A DNA stretch of 64,000 nucleotides from Candidatus Bathyarchaeota archaeon (GCA_963717465.1 OY970340.1:256001-320000); one strand, 5' to 3'; positions 1 to 10,741 are shown, numbered from the stretch's first letter. Program-made: numbers and translations. The notes: generated by a model from the sequence alone, not told the origin.

Positions 1-228
1 GATGTCATCATAAAAATCGAAGATAACGGCGTGGGCATACCTGAAGATGTTAAGTGCAAATTGTTTACACCAATGTTTACTACGAAGTCTAAAGGGCAGG
101 GTTTTGGTTTAGCAGTAGTTAAACGTATGACTGAGGCTTTGGGTGGCACTGTGACTTTTGAAAGCGAACTTGGCAAGGGCACAACCTTTACAGTACGATT
201 GCCAGCCAAAAAAATGAAGGCAGCTTAA
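1..228 (+). CDS. Sensor histidine kinase, C-terminal HATPase_c domain (5' part outside the window)
   Basis: Frame open from base 1: IEDNGVGIP (G1), LFTPMFTTK (F), GQGFGLA (G2), GKGTTF (G3). Confidence 0.92.
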   Translation, partial: DVIIKIEDNGVGIPEDVKCKLFTPMFTTKSKGQGFGLAVVKRMTEALGGTVTFESELGKGTTFTVRLPAKKMKAA

Positions 229-245
229 AGGTTTCTGGGGTCGTT

Positions 246-2546
246 TTAGCTTAAGTAATTAAGCAGAGTGTTGAATGCATATCCATTAACCGCATCAAAA
301 ATTGATTTTGTGGTATACCCCTTAAAACTAAGCAAACTTGCTGCTGAAGAATAAAGTAAAAGCAAATACTTTCTTGTATCAGTATTAATGCCTTTTTCAA
401 TTAATTGTTCCGCTACAACTCTGCGTTCATATCTTTTATTTTCTGAATGCGTAAAAAGGAAAGCGACATTTTTTCCCGCATGAATTTCAATGACCTTCTT
501 TTGCCAACTGTTCTGCTGCAATCACTTGGCTTACATGCTGCTTGTAACTTTTAGGATTCTTCGACAAATGTTTAGTAACAATCAAATCCCCAATCGGCAC
601 TTCACCATCAATTAGCTTTTGACGATAAGTCTTCACTACTTGTAGTGCCTCTGGAATCCTTTGAATAAACTCCTCAGAGTTATTTGCTTTAGAAAACACA
701 TTAATCATTTCCATTTGAGCATTGTAAATGAAACGAGGTGTATCTCGCCTGCGCACCTCTATGCCTCTTACTTTTAGTTTTCCGCTTTCCATAACTCCAT
801 AGTAACGGTTCAAAACGCCGATGTTCGGATGCATTTTTGAAGGCAAGAATACTATCCACTTATAACGTCCCTCAAAATTTAACGGAACACCGATATCATC
901 ACTTACTTGCTTGCATAAGCCAGTATAATCTTGAAGGCTGGCATTTTCTTTTTTAAGCCACAGTGAATCTACTATTCCATGGAGAACCTCAAACCCTCGG
1001 CTTTCAGAGATGCGAGCAGCCCTTAGAAATGCGTCTCTGCCAAAAGCGCAAACACCAATGTGACCGTCTACTGTTCCGAATTTAGCGTTTTTGTAGCCTA
1101 AATATCCAAAGCAAGTTACAAGAATCCATTTTAGGGCATTTTGCCTTCTATCATAAATTTCCTTGAGTCTAGCGTCTTTAGCTTCGGTCATTAACCGTTT
1201 GTATTTTAATCTTTTATCGACAACAAGTTTCAAGGCTTTAGGAACGATACCTTTTCTTTTCTCACAAATATTATAGTTAAGTTCTGGGATGCGTAAGCTT
1301 GAATCAGGGCAGCATTTGCAGAGAACAGTTTCAGCGGAAATATTGTTTTTAACCATTAAACTGGGGTACATTGAAGAAAAATCAACTTCGCCTATGCCGT
1401 CGTGGAGTCCAACTTTCGGTTCGTATACAAAGCCGCCTCTGTCTCCAACAAGCAATTCATAAGCTGACTTGAAAGCTTCAGGTATGTACTCTTGTTTCTT
1501 GGAAGCAAGAAATCGTCTTTTATAGCTTGGTAGAACTGCAAGGAAGACATGCTTGAACCTATCGAGGAGCGTGCAGCAGTATGCAAAGGCACTCGGCAGG
1601 TTCTTGCTATTTCAAATAAGCCTTCAAAACTGCTTTCGTTTAAAACGAAAGTATTTGTTTCATCAACATGGATTCTTCCGTGTAGCCTAATTGTTGGAGC
1701 TTTATAGAATGTGCGACCATAAGAAAAAAAAGTTTTACCCTGCGAATGATTTAGGAACAAAAGGAACATTATCTCTGCTTAAAGTAAACTTGTCCAGTAC
1801 GTTATTGAGTGTTGCCCGCTGGATTAGGTAAGAAAAAAGATAAGAGTCGCCGCCGCTGGTTACGATGATGTCTGGGTCAAGCTCTTTCACTGTTTTAGTT
1901 AACTGTACAAGCTTGTCGCCTTCTTCCCCTGAATCCATGATTACTTGTTTTTCTGCTTGAGTTATGCATAGGCTGCCTATTGCGTCGTTTAGGCTTGCTA
2001 TTTTTCCCGTCTTATTTATTTCCAAGCTGATTTGCATGATTCTGAAGGGTGGAAGAGAATAATCTGTGCTTTCAACTGAATCTAAAAGTTGATAGTTTAA
2101 GCTTGAGTTGTTAGCTTCAACCTCTAAAAAGGCAAGTGGAAACAAGTTATGACTAAAAAGGTAGCCTCTGTCTCCATGCAAATCGCAATTGTGAACCCTA
2201 TAGCGTAGATAATCGCCTAACTTTAATATCTCGTTAGTGAAGGAACGGAGATGTCTGCAATCCTTAAGCGTTACCGCTAAAACTTTTGATTTATCGGAAT
2301 CTGTGGGATGTTCATACTTGTAAACGAAACTCCATGAAGCAACAGTCCTTGTTTGCAGAAAAACCTGTTGATTAAACGCTCTAAGTCTTCTTGTTTGCCT
2401 GAGACATAGACTTCAGGTTGAAACTTGTCTGTTAATCTTATTCTTTGCCCGTTTTCGCTTATTATCCAAACTGCCATTTCTCCAAAGTTAGAAGGGTAAA
2501 CATCAAACAGCCAGCCTCTAATTCGCCTTTGATTGCTTGATTGCAT
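246..2546 (-). CDS. polB2: Family B DNA polymerase, PolB2 subfamily; split into 5 ORF pieces by frameshifts
   Basis: N-terminal GWLFDVYP; motif A DFSSMYPS; motif B KWILVTCFGYLG; motif C HGIVDS in place of YGDTDS; NRYYG and RGIEVRRRD. Pieces 2277-2546, 1735-2181, 1392-1769, 487-1455 and 246-521 are collinear. Confidence 0.9.
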
Positions 2547-2784
2547 CTAAAGCCTTCTCTAACCGCATTATCTTTCTTTGCTGTGATAGCAGAATCGAGA
2601 TTATCATAGGTTCGAAAAGGATAGGTTGCGTAGCGTTGCTTCCAGCCGAAGCATAACTTCTGCAAGCATCCATCAATGCTTCAAAGGCTTCTCTATCTTC
2701 AATTCGCAATGCTTTTGCAAAACCGTTCCAACGGTGTATTTCATCTTCTAAAGCCATACGGTAAGATTCCACTGTTTTTCCCAT
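2518..2784 (-). CDS. Small helical PolB2-associated protein (arCOG07300-like)
   Basis: MGKTVESYR...W..F.KALR.EDRE.F pattern; its end overlaps the polB2 start, as in known PolB2 operons. Confidence 0.8.
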   Translation of the reverse strand: MGKTVESYRMALEDEIHRWNGFAKALRIEDREAFEALMDACRSYASAGSNATQPILFEPMIISILLSQQRKIMRLEKALDAIKQSKAN

Positions 2785-3039
2785 GCTCTCACATCTCCCC
2801 TGATGCTGGAGATAAGCAGAAGCGTTTTTGATTTTTAAAACATCTCTCTAAAAGACACAGCGACTCCTGAGAGGGCAAGATTAAAGTGAACGATATTCAG
2901 GAGAACCACGCTAATTCTCCCATCATATTATGGAGAACATGTTTCTTAGGGCAACAGAGTTAAGTTTGACCCTTTATTTTTAAAAGGTAACCTTTATAAC
3001 TTTATTTTCTTATTCCATAAGCCGCGAAGCTGAAGTACA

Positions 3040-4054
3040 ATGGGACATCGTAAAACTCATGCTCCAAGACATGGTTCATTAGCCTATTTACCTAGACATC
3101 GCGCTAAAAAACCAGTAGCGCGAATTCGTTTCTGGCCAACAATAAAGTCAGAAAACCCGAGGCTTTTAGGTTTCACAGGGTACAAAGCAGGCATGACATA
3201 CGTCTTCACCATCGAAGACAGGAAACGTTCACCCCACTTTGGGAAAGAAGTCATGCGTGCAGCCACCATTCTTGAAACACCTCCAATCATCGTGGTTGGT
3301 TTTAGAACTTACACCAAAACACCATACGGACTTCAAAACATCACTGAAGTCTGGATGAAAAATCCACCAGCCATTCTCAACCGAGCAATGGTTCTTCCAG
3401 AAAACTTTAACACTGAACAAATGCTTGAAAAAGCAACCAAAAACCTTGAACAGACAGCCATAATCCGAGTTGTCACGGCTACACAGCCCACTTTAACCAG
3501 TCTTTCAAAAAAGAAGCCAGAAATATCAGAAATCCAACTCGGCGGAGGAACAATTCCACAGCAGTTTGAATATGCCAAGCAACTTTTAGGCAAAACAGTA
3601 ACGCCTGAAGAAGTATTCAAAGATGGACAATACATCGATATAGCTGGAATAACAGCGGGCAAAGGCTTTCAAGGTCCAGTTAAACGTTGGGGAGTAACCA
3701 TCCTTCAACATAAAGGAAGAAAAACCAAACGAGGAATCGCCACAAACGGTCCATGGAACCCTCACCACATCATGTATTCTGTTCCGCGAGCTGGACAAAT
3801 GGGTTATCACCAACGCATAGAATTTAACAAGCGCATACTTAAAATCGGAAAAGACGGAAAAGAAGTAACTGTGAAAGGTGGATTCATCAGGTACGGCGAT
3901 AGTAAAAGGACCATACATACTCATTGAAGGAAGCGTGCCAGGAACCGAAAAACGCCAAATACGCTTACGTGTACCCGCAAGACCACCACGCGAAGCCGCA
4001 GAAGCTCCACCCCAAGTAACACATATTTCATTGGATTCGCCACAAGGAAAGTAA
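3040..4054 (+). CDS. rpl3: 50S ribosomal protein L3 (one frameshift near 3901)
   Basis: PRHGSLAYLP, GYKAGMT, GKGFQGPVKRWG; the C-terminus VKGPYILIEGSVPG...SPQGK* continues in another frame from 3902 to TAA at 4052-4054. Confidence 0.97.
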
Positions 4055-4068
4055 GGGGAACATAAGCA

Positions 4069-4851
4069 ATGTCAGAACAGAAAAACGTAGATATCTTTGA
4101 CCTTCAAGGCAATGCAACAGGAAAAATCACGCTTCCAAAAGTTTTCTCTACACCTCTACGGCCAGATGTAATAAAACGTGCTGTATTGGCGATTCAATCT
4201 AACCGTATTCAACCTCAAGGCAGAGACCCCATGGCTGGAAAAAGAACATCCGCAGAATCACGCGGCACAGGCATGGCAATAGCAAGAATCCCACGAATTA
4301 AAGGTGGAAGCGGAAGAGGCGCTTTTGCACCAAGCACAGTTGGCGGAAGACAACCTCATCCACCACGAGCTGAAAAAATTATTGTTAAACGAATTCCAAA
4401 GAAAGAAGCTAAATTAGCTCTTCTTTCAGCTATTGCGGCCACAGCGCAGAAAGAAACTGTAGCTTCCCGTGGACATGCAATCGAAAATGTTCCTCAAATT
4501 CCGCTCATTGTAGATAACGCAATTGAAGCTTTAACTAAAGCAAAAGATGTTAAAGAGGCGTTAGCAAAGCTGGGTGTTTTACCCGATGTTACAAGGGTAA
4601 AGGACAGCAGAAAAATCCGCGCTGGAAAAGGCAAACACAGAGGAAGAAAAATGAAGCAAGCTGTTGGCCCGCTCATTGTGATAGCTGCTGACAAAGGTTT
4701 AGCGTCTGCCGCAAGCAACATTCCAGGTGTCCAAGTTACTACTTTGGCTAATATTAATACTGAAATGTTGGCGCCGGGAACTCATCCAGGCAGACTAACA
4801 CTTTGGACTAACGGCGTAATTGAATGTTTAGACAAGCTTTATGGAGAATGA
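4069..4851 (+). CDS. rpl4: 50S ribosomal protein L4
   Basis: GKRTSAESRGTG, GGRQPHPP, LAPGTHPGRLT; operon order. Confidence 0.97.
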   Translation: MSEQKNVDIFDLQGNATGKITLPKVFSTPLRPDVIKRAVLAIQSNRIQPQGRDPMAGKRTSAESRGTGMAIARIPRIKGGSGRGAFAPSTVGGRQPHPPRAEKIIVKRIPKKEAKLALLSAIAATAQKETVASRGHAIENVPQIPLIVDNAIEALTKAKDVKEALAKLGVLPDVTRVKDSRKIRAGKGKHRGRKMKQAVGPLIVIAADKGLASAASNIPGVQVTTLANINTEMLAPGTHPGRLTLWTNGVIECLDKLYGE

Positions 4852-4857
4852 AAGTAA

Positions 4858-5118
4858 ATGGAACTTAATGAGATTATTTCTTACCCTTTGATGACTGAGT
4901 CAGCAAGCGTCATGGTTGAAAGAGACAACAAGCTATTATTCATCGTTAATTTGAAAGCTGGAAAAGCTGACGTGAAACGTGCAGTTGAAGAACTCTACGA
5001 AGTTAAAGTTAGCAAGGTAAACCTGCTAATTACGCCACAAGGCATAAAAAAAGCCTTTGTAAGGCTTACTCCGGAATACAAGGCTTCTGACGTTGCAATT
5101 AAACTTGGAATACTATAA
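4858..5118 (+). CDS. rpl23: 50S ribosomal protein L23
   Basis: PLMTE...N.L.F.V...VN.L...G.KKAFVRL; operon order. Confidence 0.97.
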   Translation: MELNEIISYPLMTESASVMVERDNKLLFIVNLKAGKADVKRAVEELYEVKVSKVNLLITPQGIKKAFVRLTPEYKASDVAIKLGIL

Positions 5119-5151
5119 ATTAATTGAATTGATTTAATGAAGGCATGACAT

Positions 5152-5895
5152 ATGGGAAAACGTATTCGTGTACAAAGACGCGGTCGCGGTGGCAGAAACT
5201 GGCGAGCTTCAACACACAAGCGAGTTGCTCCTGCGAAGTATCCAACAATCACACCAAAAGAAGCATTCGACACTTTGCTTAAAGGGTTTGTTGACTCACT
5301 CGTTCATGATCCCGGTCGTGGTGCACCCTTAGCATTAATAAAATTTGACAATGGATTATCATGTTACATTTCAACGCCTGAAGGCATTTACTCTGGACAA
5401 CCAATCAGTTTAGGAGGAAAGGCAACAGCAGAAATTGGCAACATGATCCCCTTAGGCAAGGTGCCTGAAGGAACATTGGTTTGCAACCTTGAGCTTCGTC
5501 CAGGCGATGGAGGAAAAATGGCAAAGTCTTCAGGTGCTTACGCCACGGTTGTTGGTCACACTCCTCAAGGCACGATGATTCGGTTGCCTTCTGGCAGAAC
5601 AAGGTATGTTGATGATTACTGCCTGTCGACTGTCGGTGTAATTGCTGCTTCTGGAAGAACAGAGAAGCCGTTTTTGAAGGCAGGCGAAAAATTCCATTTA
5701 ATGAAAGCAAAAGGCCATAAGTATCCAAGAACCAGTGGACGAAAAATGGTTCCAGCCGTTCACCCCTATGGCAGCAGCAAACGAAGCGCTCGAAGAACAA
5801 CAACGACTTCACATGGTGCCCCACCAGGACAAAAAGTCGGCTTGATCGCTGCTCGTGGCCCCGGACAAAAGAAGAAACGTGCAATACACGAATAA
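5152..5895 (+). CDS. rpl2: 50S ribosomal protein L2
   Basis: MGKRIRVQRRGRG, HDPGRGAPLA, PPGQKVGLIAAR. Confidence 0.97.
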   Translation: MGKRIRVQRRGRGGRNWRASTHKRVAPAKYPTITPKEAFDTLLKGFVDSLVHDPGRGAPLALIKFDNGLSCYISTPEGIYSGQPISLGGKATAEIGNMIPLGKVPEGTLVCNLELRPGDGGKMAKSSGAYATVVGHTPQGTMIRLPSGRTRYVDDYCLSTVGVIAASGRTEKPFLKAGEKFHLMKAKGHKYPRTSGRKMVPAVHPYGSSKRSARRTTTTSHGAPPGQKVGLIAARGPGQKKKRAIHE

Positions 5896-5946
5896 TCAAG
5901 ATAAGGTTTATAGCATTTAATGGGAAAATTAAGGATGGAATAAAAA

Positions 5947-6351
5947 ATGCCGAAAGAATTTGCGTATCGCGGACATAATCTTAACAGTTTAGTAGCTATG
6001 TCAATGGATGAATTCATAAATTTGCTTCCTGCACGACAAAGAAGAAGCCTCCAGCGCGGCCTAACTCCAGAACAGCGAATTTTGCTTGAGAAGCTACGGG
6101 AAGCCAAGGAATCAAAAAAACAGGGCAAAGAAGTTAGCCTAAAGACTCATGTACGCGACTTAATTATTCTGCCCGAGATGGTTGGCACGAAGATTCAGGT
6201 GCACAATGGCAAAGAATTCGTCAGCATAGATATTAAGCCTGAAATGATTGGTCATTACCTTGGCGAGTTTGCTATAACCAACAAGCCTGTTAGGCATGGA
6301 ACCCCAGGTATCGGTGCATCACGATCATCGATGTACGTACCATTAAAATAA
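5947..6351 (+). CDS. rps19: 30S ribosomal protein S19
   Basis: [38 protein letters not shown]. Confidence 0.97.
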   Translation: MPKEFAYRGHNLNSLVAMSMDEFINLLPARQRRSLQRGLTPEQRILLEKLREAKESKKQGKEVSLKTHVRDLIILPEMVGTKIQVHNGKEFVSIDIKPEMIGHYLGEFAITNKPVRHGTPGIGASRSSMYVPLK

Positions 6352-6379
6352 GCTTGTTTTCTAATTTCCACCATTCCCC

Positions 6380-6700
6380 TTAACAGCCTGTTCTTTTTTC
6401 AAGTTCTTCTGGATAGCGATCCCCAGCAATTGTAATATTCGAGAGCGCGGAATTTATATTGCGCAATTCTTCGGATGCAAGCTCAATGTTTACTGCTTCT
6501 AAATTTTCATCTAAGCGTGTTAACTTCCGTGTTCCTGGTATCGGAACAATCCAAGGCTTTTGAGCAAGCAACCATGCAAGTGCAATTTGAGCAGGCGTCG
6601 CATTTTTCTCTGCAGCGATCTTTTTGATTAAATCTACAAAAACCTGATTTGCATCAATATTCTTCGAGGTAAATCGAGAAACAATGCTACGGAAGTCTGA
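6380..6700 (-). pseudogene. Aldo/keto reductase, C-terminal fragment only
   Basis: Reading from 6700: SDFRSIVSRFT...ATPAQIALAWLLAQKPWIVPIPGT...LDENL; no start codon and no room for the N-terminal two-thirds, because the cupin stop is at 6706. Confidence 0.85.
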
Positions 6701-6705
6701 TATTC

Positions 6706-7083
6706 TTATATTATTTTCATTTCATTTGGCTGGCCGATTATTGATAAATGGGCAAAGGATGAGTCTTTGATGGCTCCATGCCAATGTTTCTCCCCCGGAG
6801 AAACAAAAGCTATCATTCCAGGAGTAACTATATGCTCCTGATTCTTGGTAGCTACAATCCCTTTGCCTTCGGTAACAATTAGAATTTGCTCTGTCGAGTG
6901 AGTATGAAGTTTATTACGGGCTCCAGGTGCAAACTTAACCATTACAACCTGAAATTTCTGGACTTTGTGCTCTTCTTCCAGAACAAACTGGGTACAGACC
7001 CTTCCGCCAAAGAATAATGGGTCATTCGATACTTCCCTGGCCTCAACATTATCAAGGTTTATTATTTTCATAATTAACTTCAT
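6706..7083 (-). CDS. Cupin domain protein
   Basis: FAPGARNKLHTH...EQIL...G.G and PGEKHWHGA cupin motifs. Confidence 0.9.
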   Translation of the reverse strand: MKLIMKIINLDNVEAREVSNDPLFFGGRVCTQFVLEEEHKVQKFQVVMVKFAPGARNKLHTHSTEQILIVTEGKGIVATKNQEHIVTPGMIAFVSPGEKHWHGAIKDSSFAHLSIIGQPNEMKII

Positions 7084-7093
7084 CCTGCCAATT

Positions 7094-7696
7094 TTAAATT
7101 GAGTTTTCTATGGCACGCTTTCTATTTTTTAACATAATCACAGTTCTTAATTGTTTTTTTGCGTCATTTCTTAGCTCGTTCAGCCATTTGGATATCTCAT
7201 TCTTAGCTTTTTTCACGTCTTTGCCTCTTACTGCTAGACCATGTAGAATAGTTGACTGAGCACAAAGTTCGTTAATGTTCGTAACGCTTCGCCCTAGACC
7301 GCTTCCCTCATGTGTACAAAATGGCACAATTGTTTTTCCTGAAAAATCGTACGCGGACAAAAACGTGGCAACCGGCATAGGTATCGTACCACACCAAGTT
7401 GGATAACCAACGAAAATAACATTGTACGATTCCATGTTCTCAGCTTTTGTTTTCAGTTCAGGTCTGCATTGCTCTCTGAATTCCTTCTTTGCCTGCTCCA
7501 CAACTTCGTCGTAATCTTTAGGATATGCCTTTACAGTTACAATTTCAAAGATATCGCCGCCGGCACCTTCGTGTATTTGATTAGCAATTGCGCGCGTGTT
7601 GCCAGAATGGGAAAAATAAGCCACAAGAATATTGTTTTGTTTGCTTTCTTTCTTTTTCATCCCTGCAAGTCTCCTTTTCTCTTGTTCACGAGTCAA
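7094..7696 (-). CDS. Flavodoxin-like protein
   Basis: YFSHSGNT FMN loop, GYPTWCGTIP, PFCTHEGSG. Confidence 0.9.
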   Translation of the reverse strand: MTREQEKRRLAGMKKKESKQNNILVAYFSHSGNTRAIANQIHEGAGGDIFEIVTVKAYPKDYDEVVEQAKKEFREQCRPELKTKAENMESYNVIFVGYPTWCGTIPMPVATFLSAYDFSGKTIVPFCTHEGSGLGRSVTNINELCAQSTILHGLAVRGKDVKKAKNEISKWLNELRNDAKKQLRTVIMLKNRKRAIENSI

Positions 7697-8802
7697 TTTG
7701 GTTTTTTAAGGCTTGACATGTCTATTACAAAGCGGTACTTCACATCAGCCTTAATTGTGCGCTCGAAAGCCTCGTTTACCTTCTGTATAGGGATCAACTC
7801 TATCTCTGCATGTATGCCATGTTCAGCGCAATAGTCAAGCATCTCTTGAGTCTCTTTTATACCACCAACAAGCGATCCAGCGATTGATCGTCTTTTGAAA
7901 ATGAGTTGGAAAGGAATTAAGCTCGGTATCTCTGAAGGCAAACCTACAAGCACTAGATGACCATCTCTCTTAAGCATTCCAAGTAGAGCATTAAGATCAT
8001 GCTTCGCACTCACTGTATCTAAAATAAAATCAAATGTTCCTGCGTGCTTCTTCATCTGCTCCTGATCTGTTGATAATATCACCTCATCAGCGCCCAGCTT
8101 CTTGGCATCCTGCACTTTACTTGGTGATGTCGTGAACTGGACAGTGTGTGCACCAAATGAGTGTGCAAATTTTAATGCCATATGACCTAGCCCGCCGAGC
8201 CCAACTATACCCACCTTTTGCCCTTTTCCAACCTTCCAGTGTTTTAATGGTGAATATGTGGTGATTCCAGCGCACATGAGCGGAGCAGCGGTTGCAGGGT
8301 TTAATTTGGGCGATATCTTAAGGACAAAATCCTGATCTACAACGATGTTGTTTGAAAATCCGCCTTTAGTTACATCGCCGTATTTATCTTTGGAATTAAA
8401 TGTTATTGTAGCCCCATTTTCACAATATTGCTCAAGACCTTCTTTGCATGTATCGCACTTTCTGCAAGAGTCTACAAAACAGCCAACTCCCACAGTATCG
8501 CCAACTTTAAATTTCTTTACTGCTGAACCAACTTTGAAGACTTTACCGATGATTTCATGACCAGGAACCATAGGATACACTGAATGGCCCATTTCATTTC
8601 TTGCATTATGAATATCCGAGTGGCATATTCCACAGTATTGAATATCAATCAGTACATCAAGCTTGCCAACATTTCTTCTTTGAAATGCAAATGGTACAAG
8701 TTTGTCGGTTGCACTTTTTGCAGCATAACCATAACTCGGTATCGTGTTTAATTCAGGAGACGATTTTTCAATGCCGTTGTTTCCTAATTTTCGATTTGTC
8801 AT
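7693..8802 (-). CDS. Zn-dependent NAD(P) alcohol dehydrogenase (cinnamyl-ADH-like)
   Basis: CGICHSD, GHE, C..C..C.......C structural Zn site, GLGGLG, YRFVID; start placed at ATG 8802. Confidence 0.93.
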   Translation of the reverse strand: MTNRKLGNNGIEKSSPELNTIPSYGYAAKSATDKLVPFAFQRRNVGKLDVLIDIQYCGICHSDIHNARNEMGHSVYPMVPGHEIIGKVFKVGSAVKKFKVGDTVGVGCFVDSCRKCDTCKEGLEQYCENGATITFNSKDKYGDVTKGGFSNNIVVDQDFVLKISPKLNPATAAPLMCAGITTYSPLKHWKVGKGQKVGIVGLGGLGHMALKFAHSFGAHTVQFTTSPSKVQDAKKLGADEVILSTDQEQMKKHAGTFDFILDTVSAKHDLNALLGMLKRDGHLVLVGLPSEIPSLIPFQLIFKRRSIAGSLVGGIKETQEMLDYCAEHGIHAEIELIPIQKVNEAFERTIKADVKYRFVIDMSSLKKPN

Positions 8803-9061
8803 TTTATTATTCCCCGAATGTTTTTGGATAATGTTAAGTACACAATAAGAACAAAGTGTATAGTGTATATAGGTCGTACGCTCACTGCTGTAACACAATA
8901 TCAAAATTGATACTCAAATAGTTGAAGCGAGTGTTTTCGAAATGCTTCAGAAAAAACAACTAACCTTTAAGAAAGAACGATGAGTTGAACTATGCCTTAA
9001 GTCAGCCAGTCACCCTCCGTCAACAGGCTAAACATAAATTAGCAAATGACTTGTTAGTCAT

Positions 9062-9487
9062 TTATTGGCTGTAGTCTCTTCCTTCAGGTTTTGCGCTTGG
9101 CTGTTTGCCTGGCTCAGGAATTTGGGGTAATGGCACCGGCGGCGGAATGTTCAATGTTTTGGCTATGATTATTGATTCAATAAAAACAACGTTTGATATT
9201 GATTGGATGATTATTTGTGCTGGCGGTTTTTTCTGTTCATAGTCTTTGAGGATTTTTTCAATTTCGTCTTTTTCGCCGGTTACGTAAGCATTTCCTTTGA
9301 GGCTAAGTTGAGCAATTGATGGATTATAAACAATGGATAAAATGAATGGGACATCAATTGTTTCATCCACTTTCTTCATTTCTACAACGTTAATGTTAGT
9401 GTTAATTTGAATGGGTGGAATAGGTTTTTTAATGTCCCAGAAACGTTCTGCTGAAATGCTTGTTATGGCTACATTAACTCTAATCAT
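9062..9487 (-). CDS. Conserved archaeal hypothetical protein
   Basis: 141-aa ORF co-oriented with rps27ae; LNIPPPVPLP end resembles an uncharacterised archaeal family. Confidence 0.7.
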   Translation of the reverse strand: MIRVNVAITSISAERFWDIKKPIPPIQINTNINVVEMKKVDETIDVPFILSIVYNPSIAQLSLKGNAYVTGEKDEIEKILKDYEQKKPPAQIIIQSISNVVFIESIIIAKTLNIPPPVPLPQIPEPGKQPSAKPEGRDYSQ

Positions 9488-9533
9488 TACCGGTCAAACA
9501 TCAATAGCTTACTGCAAATTTAAACGTGATTGG

Positions 9534-9848
9534 TTACTTTTGCTTATAACGCGTAAATCCGCAATGGCCGCAAGTGTACCTGTTATTATGATCAGCCATA
9601 AAGTAACCTGGTCCACATCTCTCACAAGTCGGACGCAACCTGGTAACCTTGCTGCCTTCTACCTTGAAAACTGCATGAATTCCCTTTTCCTTTTTCTTCT
9701 TCTTTTCAGCTTTAGGTTTTTCAGCCGCTTTAGGTGCTGCTTTAGGTGCCGCGGCTGCTTCGGGTTTTGCTTCTTCTTTCTTTGCCGTTGCAGGAGCTTC
9801 TTTCTTTACGGGTGCTTCTTCTTTTTTAGGTGCTGCTTTCTTTGACAT
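9534..9848 (-). CDS. rps27ae: 30S ribosomal protein S27ae with a Lys/Ala/Glu/Pro-rich N-terminal extension
   Basis: CERCGPGYFMADH..RYTCGHCGFT zinc finger. Confidence 0.95.
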   Translation of the reverse strand: MSKKAAPKKEEAPVKKEAPATAKKEEAKPEAAAAPKAAPKAAEKPKAEKKKKKEKGIHAVFKVEGSKVTRLRPTCERCGPGYFMADHNNRYTCGHCGFTRYKQK

Positions 9849-10159
9849 TATTTAGCTGCCTCTTCTTTGGGTTTTTCAGGTGGACTGTTGCGTTTCCTAA
9901 TGTACTCAGGCTCGACAAGATTAGCTTGCTCAACATTTTGGTAAACGTTAGCGATACCCTGAGTAAGGTTTGTTCCAGTTTTTGTGCGCATTCTTTTAAT
10001 GAAAACTACACCGTCGGCCACTTTCATTTCAATGGCGACAGCTTTCTTAACTTCTAGTCTTTGCGGCGTTTTCTCTTTTGGACCTTGAATTATTGTGAAA
10101 CCTACTTCTTTTCGCTTAAGAAGCGGGTTATCCTTGGTAGTTACTATTTTGATTTCCAT
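9848..10159 (-). CDS. rps24e: 30S ribosomal protein S24e
   Basis: NPLLKRKEV, G.ANVY, EPEYIRKRN. Confidence 0.95.
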   Translation of the reverse strand: MEIKIVTTKDNPLLKRKEVGFTIIQGPKEKTPQRLEVKKAVAIEMKVADGVVFIKRMRTKTGTNLTQGIANVYQNVEQANLVEPEYIRKRNSPPEKPKEEAAK

Positions 10160-10208
10160 CGAAATTCACTTGCTTAGAGTGTTCAAGTTCATACAGTCTT
10201 CTTCTTAT

Positions 10209-10741
10209 TTAGCTTTTCGAAGCAGTTTCCATAGCTTTAAGCAAATTCGAGGCTTCAAACTTTTTTTTCGACGTAACTTTGACTATCACTATGCCTTCGC
10301 AGGGCTGCCCATAAACAACAATAGCTTTTTCAGGCGCATATAAAACAGCTATTAGAGTCAACAAGTCTTCTTCCCCATCCACGATTATCTGGGCGGGATC
10401 CTTGCTTTCTAATGCTTCTTTTACTGTTGCTATCGCTTGCTTGGTGATTGTTCCTTGGGGATTTTCAACATAAAACTTCTTTTCTACAGGTATCTTAAAG
10501 GGCTGAATCTTTTTCCTCATGCACTTAAAATCAATGATTGAAAGTTGAGGGATAATTTTGTGTTCAAAAAGATTCTGGGAAACTGTATCTCCAACCGCTA
10601 TTATTACGTGGCGGTTTCTCTTTATCGGCGAACGCTTTCATTTTACTCATGGTTTCATCAGGTGTGCCATGAATTAAGTCTCCGAAAGGCTCCTTGAATT
10701 TCATCGCGAAGCTCCGGCGTAACACGGTAAGCGATAGCCAT
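10209..10741 (-). CDS. GTP-dependent dephospho-CoA kinase (DUF359 family), frameshifted
   Basis: ATG 10741 MAIAYRVTPEL..KEPFG; IAVGDTVS; NPQGTI; VDGEEDLL; YGQP.EG; usual position between spt4 and rps24e. Confidence 0.88.

Noticed and set aside
2934..2945. Gram-positive LexA (Cheo) box upstream of polB2
   Set aside because: GAACATGTTTC does not fit the GAAC-N4-GTTC spacing
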